Below, in pieces: positions 1 to 10,400 of a stretch of 64,000 nucleotides of DNA (position 1 is the first letter of the stretch; each line of letters opens with the position of its first letter). Position numbers and translations under genes: made by a program. The notes below the pieces were generated by a model. That model was not told where the DNA came from, did no database searches, and saw only the letters and a program-made list of their open reading frames with translations. The stretch comes from an archaeon. Its GTDB lineage: Archaea > Undinarchaeota > CAZHTU01 > JBDRCC01. The DNA lies in NCBI GenBank assembly GCA_043822065.1, contig JBDRCC010000006.1, positions 1-64,000 of the forward strand. Direction: 5' to 3'.

Positions 1-2
1 TC

Positions 3-305
3 TATTTCCTCTCCACGATTGGGTGGATATACTGGTCGCTTACCGAGTGGTACTCAGGCCAGTCTGCCGGAAAGTACGTCATGAAGATAAAAACCACCGA
101 CCTTGAAGGCAACTCACTGAGCCTCCACGCCGCCTTCCTAGAGGCATTCGGCAAGGCAGTGCCGGTTGTTTTCCCGCTTGACATGATAATCGGCACCATA
201 GCGTTTGAGCCTACCCGCCAGCGGCTCTTCAGCCACCTGGCGAAAGTAATCGTCATAGAAACAGTCCAGCCGCACGAAATGCTAAACGTGGAATACGTAA
301 GGTGA
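3..305 (+). CDS. RDD family membrane protein, 5'-truncated by the window edge
   Basis: The frame is open from position 3 (YFLSTIGWIYWSLTEWYSGQSAGKYVMKIK...RQRLFSHLAKVIVI) and matches the RDD GQS/TxGK-x2-M-xI motif. The ORF-track start at 81 is internal. Confidence 0.75.
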   Translation, partial: YFLSTIGWIYWSLTEWYSGQSAGKYVMKIKTTDLEGNSLSLHAAFLEAFGKAVPVVFPLDMIIGTIAFEPTRQRLFSHLAKVIVIETVQPHEMLNVEYVR

Positions 306-337
306 GCACCATTAACTTTAAATCCTAATACTGCGTA

Positions 338-1060
338 GTGCCGGCTATGTACCTTTTAATCCTGGCTGCAGTTTCCATAGTGGTCTCCGCTCTCATACTC
401 GGCGAAGCGCTTATGGACAAGAACTACTCTGCAATCCTGACCTATCTTCTTGTCGGCTCGATAATCGCCACAATCGACTTCATAATCGAGTACATTGGCA
501 CCTTTACCGACCTGTGGACTTACTATGCCTCACTCCACCTTATCTTTGGAAAAATACCAGTCGAGCTGATATTCACGTTCTTCGCGCTTGGGCTCGTTGC
601 ACGGCGCCTTTACCTCTTCCAGATAAAGAGGTCCCCGCTTGACCTCGACACAATATACTACGTCCTGATATTCGCATCAATAATATTTTTTATAAGGGGC
701 GCATACAGCGGGATACGCGACATCAGCCTTTTGGTGATAGGGATACCTGCCGCGCTCTGGGGCATGCACGCAATACGCGACGAGCTGAAGAAGGCGAAGG
801 CGGTAATCCTCGCGGTGGTCGTAGCAGTCCTTGACGTGCTGGTCGAGGTGTACATCATAGAGCAGAACGTTTATTCCTATGAGATGGGCTTCAGCTGGTC
901 CACGCCGTTTGTCTACGGCCTGTTTGCAATCACCCTTATGGCAATCATGGAGCGGTTCGACAGCCTTGACAAATTCTTCGAGATAAAGATTATCGAGGGG
1001 CTTGTGCGGTTTGTCGGCATTAAGGAATCAATACGGACGCGTTTTAGGAAAAAGAGATGA
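338..1060 (+). CDS. Multi-pass membrane protein with a duplicated E-x2-G...W/Y-x-Y...P motif
   Basis: About 7-8 hydrophobic segments; IIEYIGTFTDLWTY...KIPVE and VEVYIIEQNVYSY...TPF; TATA-like TTTAAAT near 318; overlaps the next gene (ATGA). Confidence 0.7.
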   Translation: MPAMYLLILAAVSIVVSALILGEALMDKNYSAILTYLLVGSIIATIDFIIEYIGTFTDLWTYYASLHLIFGKIPVELIFTFFALGLVARRLYLFQIKRSPLDLDTIYYVLIFASIIFFIRGAYSGIRDISLLVIGIPAALWGMHAIRDELKKAKAVILAVVVAVLDVLVEVYIIEQNVYSYEMGFSWSTPFVYGLFAITLMAIMERFDSLDKFFEIKIIEGLVRFVGIKESIRTRFRKKR

Positions 1061-1653
1061 TTATTGAGCAGCTGCGCGTCGGCCCGCTTGCTAACTTTTG
1101 CTACCTAGTCGGCGACGCAAAGACAAAAACCGCCGCCGCAATAGACCCTGGGTTCGAGGCAGATGCAATCCTTGCGAAGGCGAAGCAGCGCGGCCTTAAG
1201 ATAAAATACCTGATTCTGACCCACTCTCACCTCGACCACACCGGCGAGCTTTCTGCGCTCAAGGAGGCGACCGGGGCTGTCGTTGTCATGGGCGCGCTTG
1301 AATCCGGCGACATAGAATTTTCCGCCCAAATACAGCCGGACATTGCGGTCCGCGACGGCGACGAGCTGAAGCTCGGGGGCACAAAGCTGAAGTTCATCCA
1401 CACGCCGGGGCACACCCCTGGCAGCATGTGCATCCTTGCCGAAAACAACCTTTTCACCGGCGACCTCCTCTTCGACTGCTCAATCGGGCGGACCGACCTC
1501 ACAGGCTCAGACGAGGGGCAGATGACGCTGAGCCTGAAAAAGGTTTCAAAGCTCCCTGACAAGACCATGGTCTGGCCTGGGCACGACTATGGTGCAAAAA
1601 AACACTTTACCTTAGGCGAGCAAAAGAAGGAAAGCCCCTTCCTCAAAGCATAA
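1057..1653 (+). CDS. MBL-fold metallo-hydrolase (glyoxalase II-like)
   Basis: THSHLDH, TPGHTPG, FTGDLLF and PGHDYG motifs. Confidence 0.92.
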   Translation: MIIEQLRVGPLANFCYLVGDAKTKTAAAIDPGFEADAILAKAKQRGLKIKYLILTHSHLDHTGELSALKEATGAVVVMGALESGDIEFSAQIQPDIAVRDGDELKLGGTKLKFIHTPGHTPGSMCILAENNLFTGDLLFDCSIGRTDLTGSDEGQMTLSLKKVSKLPDKTMVWPGHDYGAKKHFTLGEQKKESPFLKA

Positions 1654-2350
1654 TCTTTCTTATTTTTATTCCGCCGTACTCTTGCGGGGACTTTGGCTTG
1701 TCAACCGGGAGCAGCTCGTACGCCGGCCTTATTACCATCCGCACTGGCATTTCCGTCCTGCTTTCCTGCCTTAGCCTCTCGACCTTCGGCGCCCCGCCGA
1801 ACGTCCTGTAATACTCGTTTACCTTTTCCTGCCGTATCCTGTCCCTCTTGAGCTTTAGCTGTTCGTCCTGGAGCCGCCTTATTTCCTCTTCCCTCTGTCG
1901 TGCAGCCTCTTCGCGGGCAGCTTCCTCCTCCATGTCGCGCGCAGCCTTTGCCTCCGTCATCCTGCGTATTGCGTCCAGCCGCCTCGCAGCGTCTGCAGTG
2001 CGCCTCTCGTCACGCTTCCGGGTGAATTTGCCGAGCATTGTCTCATCTTCAAGGCTTTCAAGCGCCTCAACCTTGGCTCGGACCATGTCAAGCACCTCGT
2101 CCCGCTCCTGCGCTGGCTCGAACGTTGGCACCATCACTGGCGCGTCCTCCACAAAATCGTTAATCTCAGCATAGGTCTGCCTCGGCCTGAGCCTGTCAAA
2201 AAGCCTTTCCTTCTTCAGGAGCAGCCTTTGGTAAAACGTAAGGTTTGCCGGCAGCATCGGCTCATCATGGAATTCGGGCATCTGCTCAACACCCAAATTC
2301 TCGATGTAATCCATGGAACTGATGGCTAGTGGGTCAAATTCTTCATCCAT
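1643..2350 (-). CDS. Hypothetical coiled-coil protein
   Basis: 235-aa charged E/R/A-rich ORF with an AT-rich TATA-like element about 25-30 nt upstream. Confidence 0.7.
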   Translation of the reverse strand: MDEEFDPLAISSMDYIENLGVEQMPEFHDEPMLPANLTFYQRLLLKKERLFDRLRPRQTYAEINDFVEDAPVMVPTFEPAQERDEVLDMVRAKVEALESLEDETMLGKFTRKRDERRTADAARRLDAIRRMTEAKAARDMEEEAAREEAARQREEEIRRLQDEQLKLKRDRIRQEKVNEYYRTFGGAPKVERLRQESRTEMPVRMVIRPAYELLPVDKPKSPQEYGGIKIRKIML

Positions 2351-2462
2351 GCTATCTATATGCGCAGATGTAATATATAAATCTACTTGGGTGCTCCGAG
2401 CCCTTAACGGGATATGGGCTATTTGCCGCCTTTCTTGGGCTGTACCGGTCCGCCGTCCGCAC

Positions 2463-3722
2463 CTATATTGGCTGGTTTTTGTCCATGCGCCGCGTGCGGT
2501 TCAATATCCTGTTCCGCTCGGCAAGCACGTCTGCCGGCTTAATCGAGGATACCTTCGCCTTGAACTCCTTCTCAGCAATTTTCAGCTCGTTCCGCTTCTC
2601 GAGCGTGCTTATCTTTGCCACCCGCTCCGCGATTCGTTCCCGGTTCGCATCTATGTTCTCCGAGGCATATCTCTCGAGCCTGGCCTCAAGCCGCCTCATT
2701 TCTGCAAGGCGCTCAGTTTCCCTGAGCTGCTCAAGGTCTTTCAGCAGACCTGCCTTGTTCTTGGCCCTTACTGCCTCCCTTGCCCTCTCAAGGTCGCGGA
2801 TGACTTCCTCCTTCCTTATGCGGAACTTGTCCGCAGTCGTGTTCAGCTCCTCGCCGTATTTGCCGCGGTCAGCCCTCTCCGCAACCTTTATTGCAAATAC
2901 CGAGTGCGCCCGTGAGGCAACCGCCTGCCCGAAGGCAAGCCCGTACTCTTCCTCATCAAAAGCGAGCTGTGCAGTCGCCAGCTTGCCCTCTGCGAGGATG
3001 ACCTGTTTTGAAATCAGCGCCGCCCTTGCGTCGCTTATGTTCTCTGGAGTTTCAACCGCTTTGGCTTCATCGAGCTTCTCCGCCGCCCGGTCTATGGCAA
3101 GCTGCGCCCTCTCTGAAAAGTCCGGCCTGTCAATAGTTACATTCCCAGCTACAATCTCGTCAAGGTCAACGCCTATCTCGTCGTCAACCGTATCTGGTGA
3201 CGCCTTGAACCTGATCTTGTTCAAAGCCATTGCCCTGAGCCGCTCCCGTATCCGCTCCGGGACGCCGTCTGGCCTCAGTATTATCACTGGCCTTTTTGCC
3301 GCCTTAGCATCAGCAAGCGCGTCCTCTATGCCGTCAATGTCATCGCCGGTCGCCGCGACTACTTCGTCAACCGAGTCCCACACTTCCTCTGCGACGACTA
3401 CGGACGTCTCGTATCTGTCCTCGCCGTATATCCTCTCGTGGACTATCTCGACGCCGTCAAGCTCGGCTTCAATCAGCTCCGGCACGGCATCCGGCCCGCC
3501 GATTATTGTGACCTTGTTAGGTTCATACGACGTTATCTTGTCGAGGATCCCATCATCAATGAGCCCCCACCGCGTCGTCACTATTGCGTCGCCAGTCTCT
3601 TCGGCGGCTGCCTGCGCAACCGCGTAGTCCGCCTCGTTGTCTGAAACGAGCATTACGTTTGCCCCGAGGGAAAACGGTACCATCAACAGAATGCCTAAAA
3701 TCAAATATGTCAGCTTCATCAT
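2463..3722 (-). CDS. Secreted cell-wall-binding repeat 2 (CW_binding_2-like) protein with a coiled-coil tail
   Basis: Signal peptide; IIGGPDAV and ERIYGEDRYETS motifs typical of CW_binding_2; helical C-terminus. Confidence 0.8.
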   Translation of the reverse strand: MMKLTYLILGILLMVPFSLGANVMLVSDNEADYAVAQAAAEETGDAIVTTRWGLIDDGILDKITSYEPNKVTIIGGPDAVPELIEAELDGVEIVHERIYGEDRYETSVVVAEEVWDSVDEVVAATGDDIDGIEDALADAKAAKRPVIILRPDGVPERIRERLRAMALNKIRFKASPDTVDDEIGVDLDEIVAGNVTIDRPDFSERAQLAIDRAAEKLDEAKAVETPENISDARAALISKQVILAEGKLATAQLAFDEEEYGLAFGQAVASRAHSVFAIKVAERADRGKYGEELNTTADKFRIRKEEVIRDLERAREAVRAKNKAGLLKDLEQLRETERLAEMRRLEARLERYASENIDANRERIAERVAKISTLEKRNELKIAEKEFKAKVSSIKPADVLAERNRILNRTRRMDKNQPI

Positions 3723-3780
3723 TGCACCCTCTAAAATTAGTCACTTATCGTATATATACTATCGGCTTGCCCCCAGATTA

Positions 3781-3792
3781 GGCTTAAATATC
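3781..3792 (+). promoter_or_regulatory. Archaeal TATA promoter GGCTTAAATATC of the 1199-aa surface protein gene
   Basis: TTAAATA at 3784-3790, 23-29 nt upstream of ATG 3813; the identical 12-mer lies upstream of the next gene. Confidence 0.65.
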
Positions 3793-3812
3793 TTGGGCGC
3801 TTTCCCACTTGC

Positions 3813-6800
3813 ATGAAGCGTTGGCCCCTACTGCTATTGCTGCTTGCAGTGCCTGCATTTGCCGCGGAGCCGGATTACGCCGAAGCGTGCACCAACGTCG
3901 AGTACCAGGCGCTTTGGGAGTCAGTCTTTAATGAGCCGTACAACGGCACGGCAGTCTACGACAGCGCCAGCGTCCTGAAGGGCGGCCACTGCTTTGATTT
4001 CGTCCTGTACAAGGTCTCTTACCAGGATCCCAAATACCTTTATGCAATTGACCAAAAGATAGTTGGCTATGTCGCCCCGTTTAACTCATCCGGCCTTAGC
4101 ATCCCCCTATTCGAAGACGCTGATGAAAAGATCGCAGTTTCTGCAGTATTCATGCGATGGGATGACAACCAAACTAGTACCACTATACAAAACCAGATAT
4201 CTACTGCCGGGCCAATGGGCATTCTATTCTCCACTCAGGGGAAGCTAAAAAACCGGAGCCAGCCAATTTATAGTATTGCAGCTGCGCGGGCGGTCGAGTC
4301 AAGCCTATTTAAGAGCTGGATACCAAACGAGATGCTGTGGCGCGCATATCTGGACAATGGTACAGGCATGGCTTACCATGGTGTCCTCGAGGAAGAACAA
4401 ACCGGGGCGATAACGAAGCAGGACGTCACCGGCGTATTCAGCCTGCGCGATGCCGCATACCAAAGCAGGATAGCCCCGTTTGAGGCAGTTGCTGATGCGA
4501 CCGCCCTCAAATGCGCCTCAGATAGCGAATGCAGCTCTGGCATATGCAAGCGGGACTATGCTGGCAAGAGCTATTGTGCCCCTGAGGATGATTCCTGCGT
4601 CCATGCCGAGGGCGGCGTCATCAGCATATACCCTAATAAAGGCCTTTTCAGCAGCAGCCTTGCAGACTCCGGAAACTCAAACTACACCTGCAACGACGGG
4701 CACTGGTCCCAGGACCCGTTCTCAAACAACAACACTCACTTTGAGATAGCATTCGAAGAGCCAGGCACTTCAACCAAGGCTAAGGCAACATTCCCAATCC
4801 GCGCCCGGGTCAACTACGCAACAGTGGACATAACCCGCTCGGTACGCTCAATGGAGTATACTTATGACCTCGCACCCGGCGACAATTACATCTCCCTCTA
4901 CCTCCAGCCAACGCCAAAGCTCCAGGCTTCAATCCTATTCACCAAGATTCCACAGCTCAAGTCAGTCAAGCGCTGGGATCCTGACTTACAGGACTTCCAA
5001 AAAATCGAGAAATTAGGGAACGAGATAATCGGCAACGACTTCGAAATAAAGCCTGGCGAAGGATATGTCATGACACTCGAGTCCTCAGCGTCTTTCAAGC
5101 TTCAGGGGACGTACGACACTGCCTATCGGACGCTCCAGCTCAAGAAAGGGAAAAATCTAGTCGGCTGGGCTTCCCTCGAGGGGAGGGGGACTAGGGCAGC
5201 ACTTGCATCGCTTGGCGAAGCTGGCGGAATATGGGCTGAGGCGTACTACTGCCCCCCAAACACCAACTGTGCGGCTTCGAAAATATCCTACAGCAAGACG
5301 TCGACAGCACTCACCTCACTTTCGCCAGGCAAAGCCTACTGGATAACCCTCATCGAGGACGACACGCTTTCATACACGCCCTACGGCCCGGGATGCACCT
5401 CTGCCAACCTCACCTCCGAGGCACAGCGCGCCCAGCTTTTTATCTACGGCGCCTCAATCAACTGCGGCAAGTCAGGCAGCAGCCACTTTCTAGAAGTCAA
5501 CAAGGACGGGAACAAGAGGATTTACTTCAACCCATGCGAGGCGTTCGGCGGCGCGTTAAACTGGACGAGCATCGAGGTCCCGCCCCGCTGGCTTGTGGCG
5601 GGCGTGAACTCGTTTAAGATACATGACTACAACTCAGGGTTCGACGACCGCTCCTTAATCATCGGTGTTGACTCCAACGCGGAAGGCGCGACAAGCACAA
5701 TCGCGATGAACTCCCTCTGCGGCCAGGAGACGAGCAACGGCTCGCTGATGGCCTACCTGAAAATTGGGGACGCCCTGTTTGGCAAGGGAAACCTGACAAA
5801 GACTGACCAGGTCGCAGTCGACTATACTGACGACTGCATGCTGAAGGACATCTTCATCGAGTCAGTCCCAGCCGCAACCAACACAGAGGGCTACTGCCCA
5901 GAATATGACACTCCAATCCAGTATGACACAATCACTGAGCGCAAGGACCTCACGCAGTCCCTCAACAAGTATCTTTTCAAGTGCGACAAGACCAAGCTTT
6001 TCTGCGAGGTGCCGATTGAGATACAGTCCTCAAACGTAGAGGACATCATTCTCGACAACCTCGTGATTGCCTACTCCTGCAGCGAATGCTGCATCTCCGG
6101 CGACAGTGAATGCCCGGTCGGATGCTCGCATGAAATCGACACTGACTGCGAGGTTCCTGTTGAGATGACGCCCTGCGAGCGCCTCCTCAAATACCGGGAA
6201 AAGACGCTCACCTTATATAATACGGGGGCTGGGCAGGAAAGCGGCACAGGCGTCACCTCGGAATACATCGACTTCCAGAAAATTTCGCTTGTCCCCTCTT
6301 CCGACGCCACGCCGATACAAATCCACATCCAAAGCTTTGAGGAATGCGGCTCCCCGCGCGCAAAGCCCCCCGGGCTCCCTGAAATGGAGCCCCAGGTATA
6401 CAAATACTACCTCCTCGAGCAGACAAGCAAAGTCCCAATACAAGCACTCTCCATCGACTTCCGTGTCCAGCGCCAGTGGGTACAGGACAACAACTTTGGG
6501 GTGCACGAGGTGTTTTTATATGCCCTGGCAGACGGCTCCTGGCAGAGGCTCAAGACGTCCTGGCAGTCCGAGGACCTGAAGTACGCCTACTACTCCGTAA
6601 ACGCAAGCGGCTTTGGCTACTTCGCAATCGGCGGTGAAATCATTCCGAAAGAGAAAGCTGCCGCAGAGCCAGGTTCAAGCCCCCAGCTCAAGGTCACCGC
6701 CTCAATCCCGAAGGGAGTCTTTGTCGCAAGGGCGTTCCCAGTCTCAGTCAGGGTTTACAACTCCGGCTTCGGCAGCGCCGGGCGAATAACCGTCAAGCTC

Positions 6801-7412
6801 GAGGCACCGGAAGGATGGCAGGTATCCGACCCATCATCCATTGACTTTCTCAAGAGCCTCGAAATCGCCGATTTCGAGTTCTACGCCAGGATACCCTACT
6901 CCGGCGAGCCAGTCTCCGCACCGATTGCCCTCAAAGTGTCTGGCGACGACATATCCTACAGCACCCAGCTCCAGATTAGTGCGGCGGTCCCGCCATTCAT
7001 CCTCGACGGAAGGCTCTCGGGCAATTCGATAATTGCCGAAACCATAATAGAGCGCAGCAAAGTCCCTTCAAGCAATGTCCAAATCGAGCTCTCAATAAAC
7101 AAGGGGCGGGCAACCCTCATCTCCGACCTTCTCCAGTACGAAATCCAGGGCGAGACCCTTAGGGAGTCCAAGACCTACTCCCTCCCCGCAACGATGGAAA
7201 CTGGCGACTACTCCCTTGCAGGGGTGCTCTATTCCGACGGAAAGGAAATCGCCCGCACCTCATCGCCCCTCACAATAAATGCCGCGTCGACAGTGAAAAT
7301 CAGCCACGGGCCGAAGACAGCATTCATCGCAATTCTCGTAATTCTGGTCCTTGCGGGCGGGTTATTCGTCTTCAGGAAAAAACTTCTGCGCAGGGGCGAA
7401 AAAACATCCTGA
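3813..7412 (+). CDS. Large surface glycoprotein: Cys-rich module, PGF-pre-PGF domain, NEW3-like Ig domain, C-terminal TM anchor
   Basis: Signal peptide; YKYY...IDFRVQRQWV...WQRLKT...YYSVNASGFGYFAIG (PGF-pre-PGF); APEGWQV (NEW3-like); C-terminal TM followed by a basic tail. Confidence 0.85.
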   Translation: MKRWPLLLLLLAVPAFAAEPDYAEACTNVEYQALWESVFNEPYNGTAVYDSASVLKGGHCFDFVLYKVSYQDPKYLYAIDQKIVGYVAPFNSSGLSIPLFEDADEKIAVSAVFMRWDDNQTSTTIQNQISTAGPMGILFSTQGKLKNRSQPIYSIAAARAVESSLFKSWIPNEMLWRAYLDNGTGMAYHGVLEEEQTGAITKQDVTGVFSLRDAAYQSRIAPFEAVADATALKCASDSECSSGICKRDYAGKSYCAPEDDSCVHAEGGVISIYPNKGLFSSSLADSGNSNYTCNDGHWSQDPFSNNNTHFEIAFEEPGTSTKAKATFPIRARVNYATVDITRSVRSMEYTYDLAPGDNYISLYLQPTPKLQASILFTKIPQLKSVKRWDPDLQDFQKIEKLGNEIIGNDFEIKPGEGYVMTLESSASFKLQGTYDTAYRTLQLKKGKNLVGWASLEGRGTRAALASLGEAGGIWAEAYYCPPNTNCAASKISYSKTSTALTSLSPGKAYWITLIEDDTLSYTPYGPGCTSANLTSEAQRAQLFIYGASINCGKSGSSHFLEVNKDGNKRIYFNPCEAFGGALNWTSIEVPPRWLVAGVNSFKIHDYNSGFDDRSLIIGVDSNAEGATSTIAMNSLCGQETSNGSLMAYLKIGDALFGKGNLTKTDQVAVDYTDDCMLKDIFIESVPAATNTEGYCPEYDTPIQYDTITERKDLTQSLNKYLFKCDKTKLFCEVPIEIQSSNVEDIILDNLVIAYSCSECCISGDSECPVGCSHEIDTDCEVPVEMTPCERLLKYREKTLTLYNTGAGQESGTGVTSEYIDFQKISLVPSSDATPIQIHIQSFEECGSPRAKPPGLPEMEPQVYKYYLLEQTSKVPIQALSIDFRVQRQWVQDNNFGVHEVFLYALADGSWQRLKTSWQSEDLKYAYYSVNASGFGYFAIGGEIIPKEKAAAEPGSSPQLKVTASIPKGVFVARAFPVSVRVYNSGFGSAGRITVKLEAPEGWQVSDPSSIDFLKSLEIADFEFYARIPYSGEPVSAPIALKVSGDDISYSTQLQISAAVPPFILDGRLSGNSIIAETIIERSKVPSSNVQIELSINKGRATLISDLLQYEIQGETLRESKTYSLPATMETGDYSLAGVLYSDGKEIARTSSPLTINAASTVKISHGPKTAFIAILVILVLAGGLFVFRKKLLRRGEKTS

Positions 7413-7426
7413 AAATCAGTTCGCAA

Positions 7427-7438
7427 GGCTTAAATATC
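7427..7438 (+). promoter_or_regulatory. Archaeal TATA promoter GGCTTAAATATC of the giant adhesin gene
   Basis: TTAAATA at 7430-7436, 25-31 nt upstream of ATG 7461. Confidence 0.65.
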
Positions 7439-7460
7439 CTGACTTCCTTAGTTCTACAGC

Positions 7461-10400
7461 ATGGGTTGGAGCGAACACAAGAGCCTCTTAGCACTTCTGC
7501 CTATATTCCTCCTTCTCCTTCTTCTGGCGCCGCCAGCCGCTGCGGCTTCGTTGGGCAACGTCTCGTGGGGGAACGACACAAAGCTCACAAGCAACACCGC
7601 TCTATCGGAGTACCCAGTCATAGCAACCGACCAATACGGCAACGTCCACGTCGCCTGGCAGGACTACCGCGACGTCTACGGTAGAATCTACTACAAAAAG
7701 CTCGACAACACCGGCACAAACCTGACCGGCGACGTCCGCGTATCAGACATCGTCAATTACAATGCACTCGGCCCCTCCCTCGCACTCGACAGCAGCGGCA
7801 ACGCCCACATCACCTGGTACGACAAGCGCAATGGAGCCAGTGGCTGGTTTTACGACATCTACTACACAAAGATAAACGGCGCCACCAACGCAACCATAGT
7901 GAACGACATCTACCTGACCAATACTCACTTGGTCTATATGTACCAGCCAAACTATATACCCAAACGTGGCGTCGCACTCGACAGCAGCGGCAACGTCCAC
8001 GTCGTCTGGGGCGGCGACAAGCGCAATACCGGCGAGTATTACGAAATCTACTACAAAAAGCTCGACAACACCGGCAGCACCCTCGTCCCCGACACCCGCC
8101 TGACCAATAATCCCGCTAACCACTATTCATTCAGCCCCTCCCTCGCGGTGGACGCCGCTGGCAACGTCCACGTCGCCTGGAACAAATACCCCTACCCTTG
8201 GAGAACCTACTACAAAAAGCTCGACAACACCGGCGGAAGCCTGACCGGCGACATCGGCGTATCGAATTCCAGCTCCTTTCATTCATACTTCCCCTCCATC
8301 GCGGTGGACGCCGCTGGCAACGTCCACGTCGCCTGGTACGATACCCGCGACAGCTACAGTAGAATCTACTACAAAAAGCTCAACAGCGCCGGCACAAACC
8401 TGACCGGCGACGTCCGCGTATCAGACATCGTCAATTACAATGCACTCGGCCCCTCCCTCGCACTCGACAGCAGCGGCAATGTCCACGTCGCCTGGCACGA
8501 TGCCCGCACCGGCAGGAACGAAATCTACTACAAAAAGCTCAACACCACCGGCGGAAACCTGACCGGCGACGTCCGCCTAACCACTAAAACTGGTTCTTAC
8601 GCTTCACTATACCCTGCCCTCACAGTAGACGCCAGCGACAACATCCACCTCACCTGGCAGGATAACCGCGACGGCAACTACGAAATCTACTACAAGCGGG
8701 GCACGCAGGGGCCGCCGCCTCCCCCGCTGGAAGTCCCTCTCTTCGACGCGGAATGCCCCGGGGGCTACCTGCGGCGCGACATAGACCAGGACCTCCTTTG
8801 CTCAAACAACGCCACCAACTGCGTTTCGACCAATACTGGCACCGGTGCGCTATTCTACCAGCCCAGCCAGGAGCCGCCATACCTCACGAACAAGCCGAAC
8901 GGCACCACAAATGTATACTACTGCTACAAAGGGTACTGGTCGAATGACCCGTTCAACAACAAGCTGACCTACGCCATCAACCCCAGCCCAGCCGACATCT
9001 CGTATTGGGACTCGTTCACCGTGCCCGCATCCGTCAAAGGGGGGGACCCAGGCAATGAGAAAATCTACCTTTACAACGCATCCCTGGCGGTTACGGAGTA
9101 CGGGAGGGACGCACTGCTGTCGAAGGAGTCATCTAACATAGTGGACAACTGGGATCTATCGACGTCAGCGTCCGCCCTCGACAGGGGAGTGTTTGGGGGC
9201 AGTGACATTATATTCGTGGGGGGCGCTACCTACGGTCAGGCTTACATAGCGCCCTACCTTTATTCTGGCGGCGCATTGACGCCAAAGGCTAACGTCTTAA
9301 TGGATGTTTACGGGGCTTCCAACATAAAGCTGAACGACCTGAAAGTTGCGGACATAAACGGGAACAAAATACTCGTTACCGGTTCAAGGAAACTACCGAA
9401 CGCCAATGCTAGCTTCTTTTTGGCGTCATATGGCTATAACTCGGCTGGTGAAGGCACTTTCACGCCGGCGTATACATTCTACCGCGATGAGGGTGCGGGC
9501 AACGATGGTGGCAATGCCATAGCCGTCTATGACTTTGGCGGCTCAAAGAAAATACTGGTTGCCGGCTATGGGAGCAACCTCGCCGGTTCCGGGAACACAG
9601 ACGCAGTGCTCTGGGACCTCGCCACTAACGGCGACACTATAACTTTTGAGGACGTGAAATACATAAACAGCGGGCGCGACGACGAAGCCTACGATGTCGT
9701 AGTGGGCAACTTCAGCGGAACGCCGGTAATCTTTGCAGTTGGCACAACCGACCTCACGGCATTTATACAGGCATACACCTACTCCGGCGGCTCGCTTGTC
9801 GCGAAGAACTACGCCTTCCCAGATTTTTCAGCTGGCCGTGACGTCTTCCTCGCCGCTGCCGTTATGAATATCCGGGGGGAGGATAAAATCGTCGTAACCG
9901 GCTACAGCGAGCCCTCGCCTGGCGCGTCAATCTATGACCTCCTTATCGCGGCATATTCGTATAACCTGACAACTGACACCATCACCGAGGACGGGCGGCT
10001 CACCCTAGACCGTGGCGGCACGGAAATTGGCAAGGGGATAGACTCCTTCACGCTTGGCGGCATGCCTATGCTCGCAGTTACCGGGGGCGATGTCAACGTG
10101 AATACGAACCAGAGTGACATGGTAATCCGCGTTTTCTCATACCTGCACGGCTCGTTCACGCTCAAGACAATGCTGCAGGAGAACCTCACCTCCTCTGACA
10201 GGGACATCGGCAGCGATATTCTCGCCTCAAATGACGGTGTCCTGAAATTCTTCGAGACAGGTGATATCTCCCTATTCGACGGCGACATTTTTAAGGACAA
10301 GTATGCATACCGCCTCCACCTGTACAACTATTCCATCCCGCACTATGCCGGCACAACAATCAGGATTGGAAACGCCATCCTGAGCGACGGAAAGATGCTC

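Noticed and set aside
2479-3627. Long antisense or alternate-frame ORFs (e.g. 2479-3627, 25896-26642, 34004-34792, 36787-37695, 58032-58871)
   Set aside because: They are shadows of well-supported genes, expected from GC-rich codon bias.
7590-8700. Diversity-generating retroelement target region
   Set aside because: Many variable codons are NNC, but this fits the local codon bias. The loops also vary in length, and no reverse transcriptase or non-coding template repeat is in the window.
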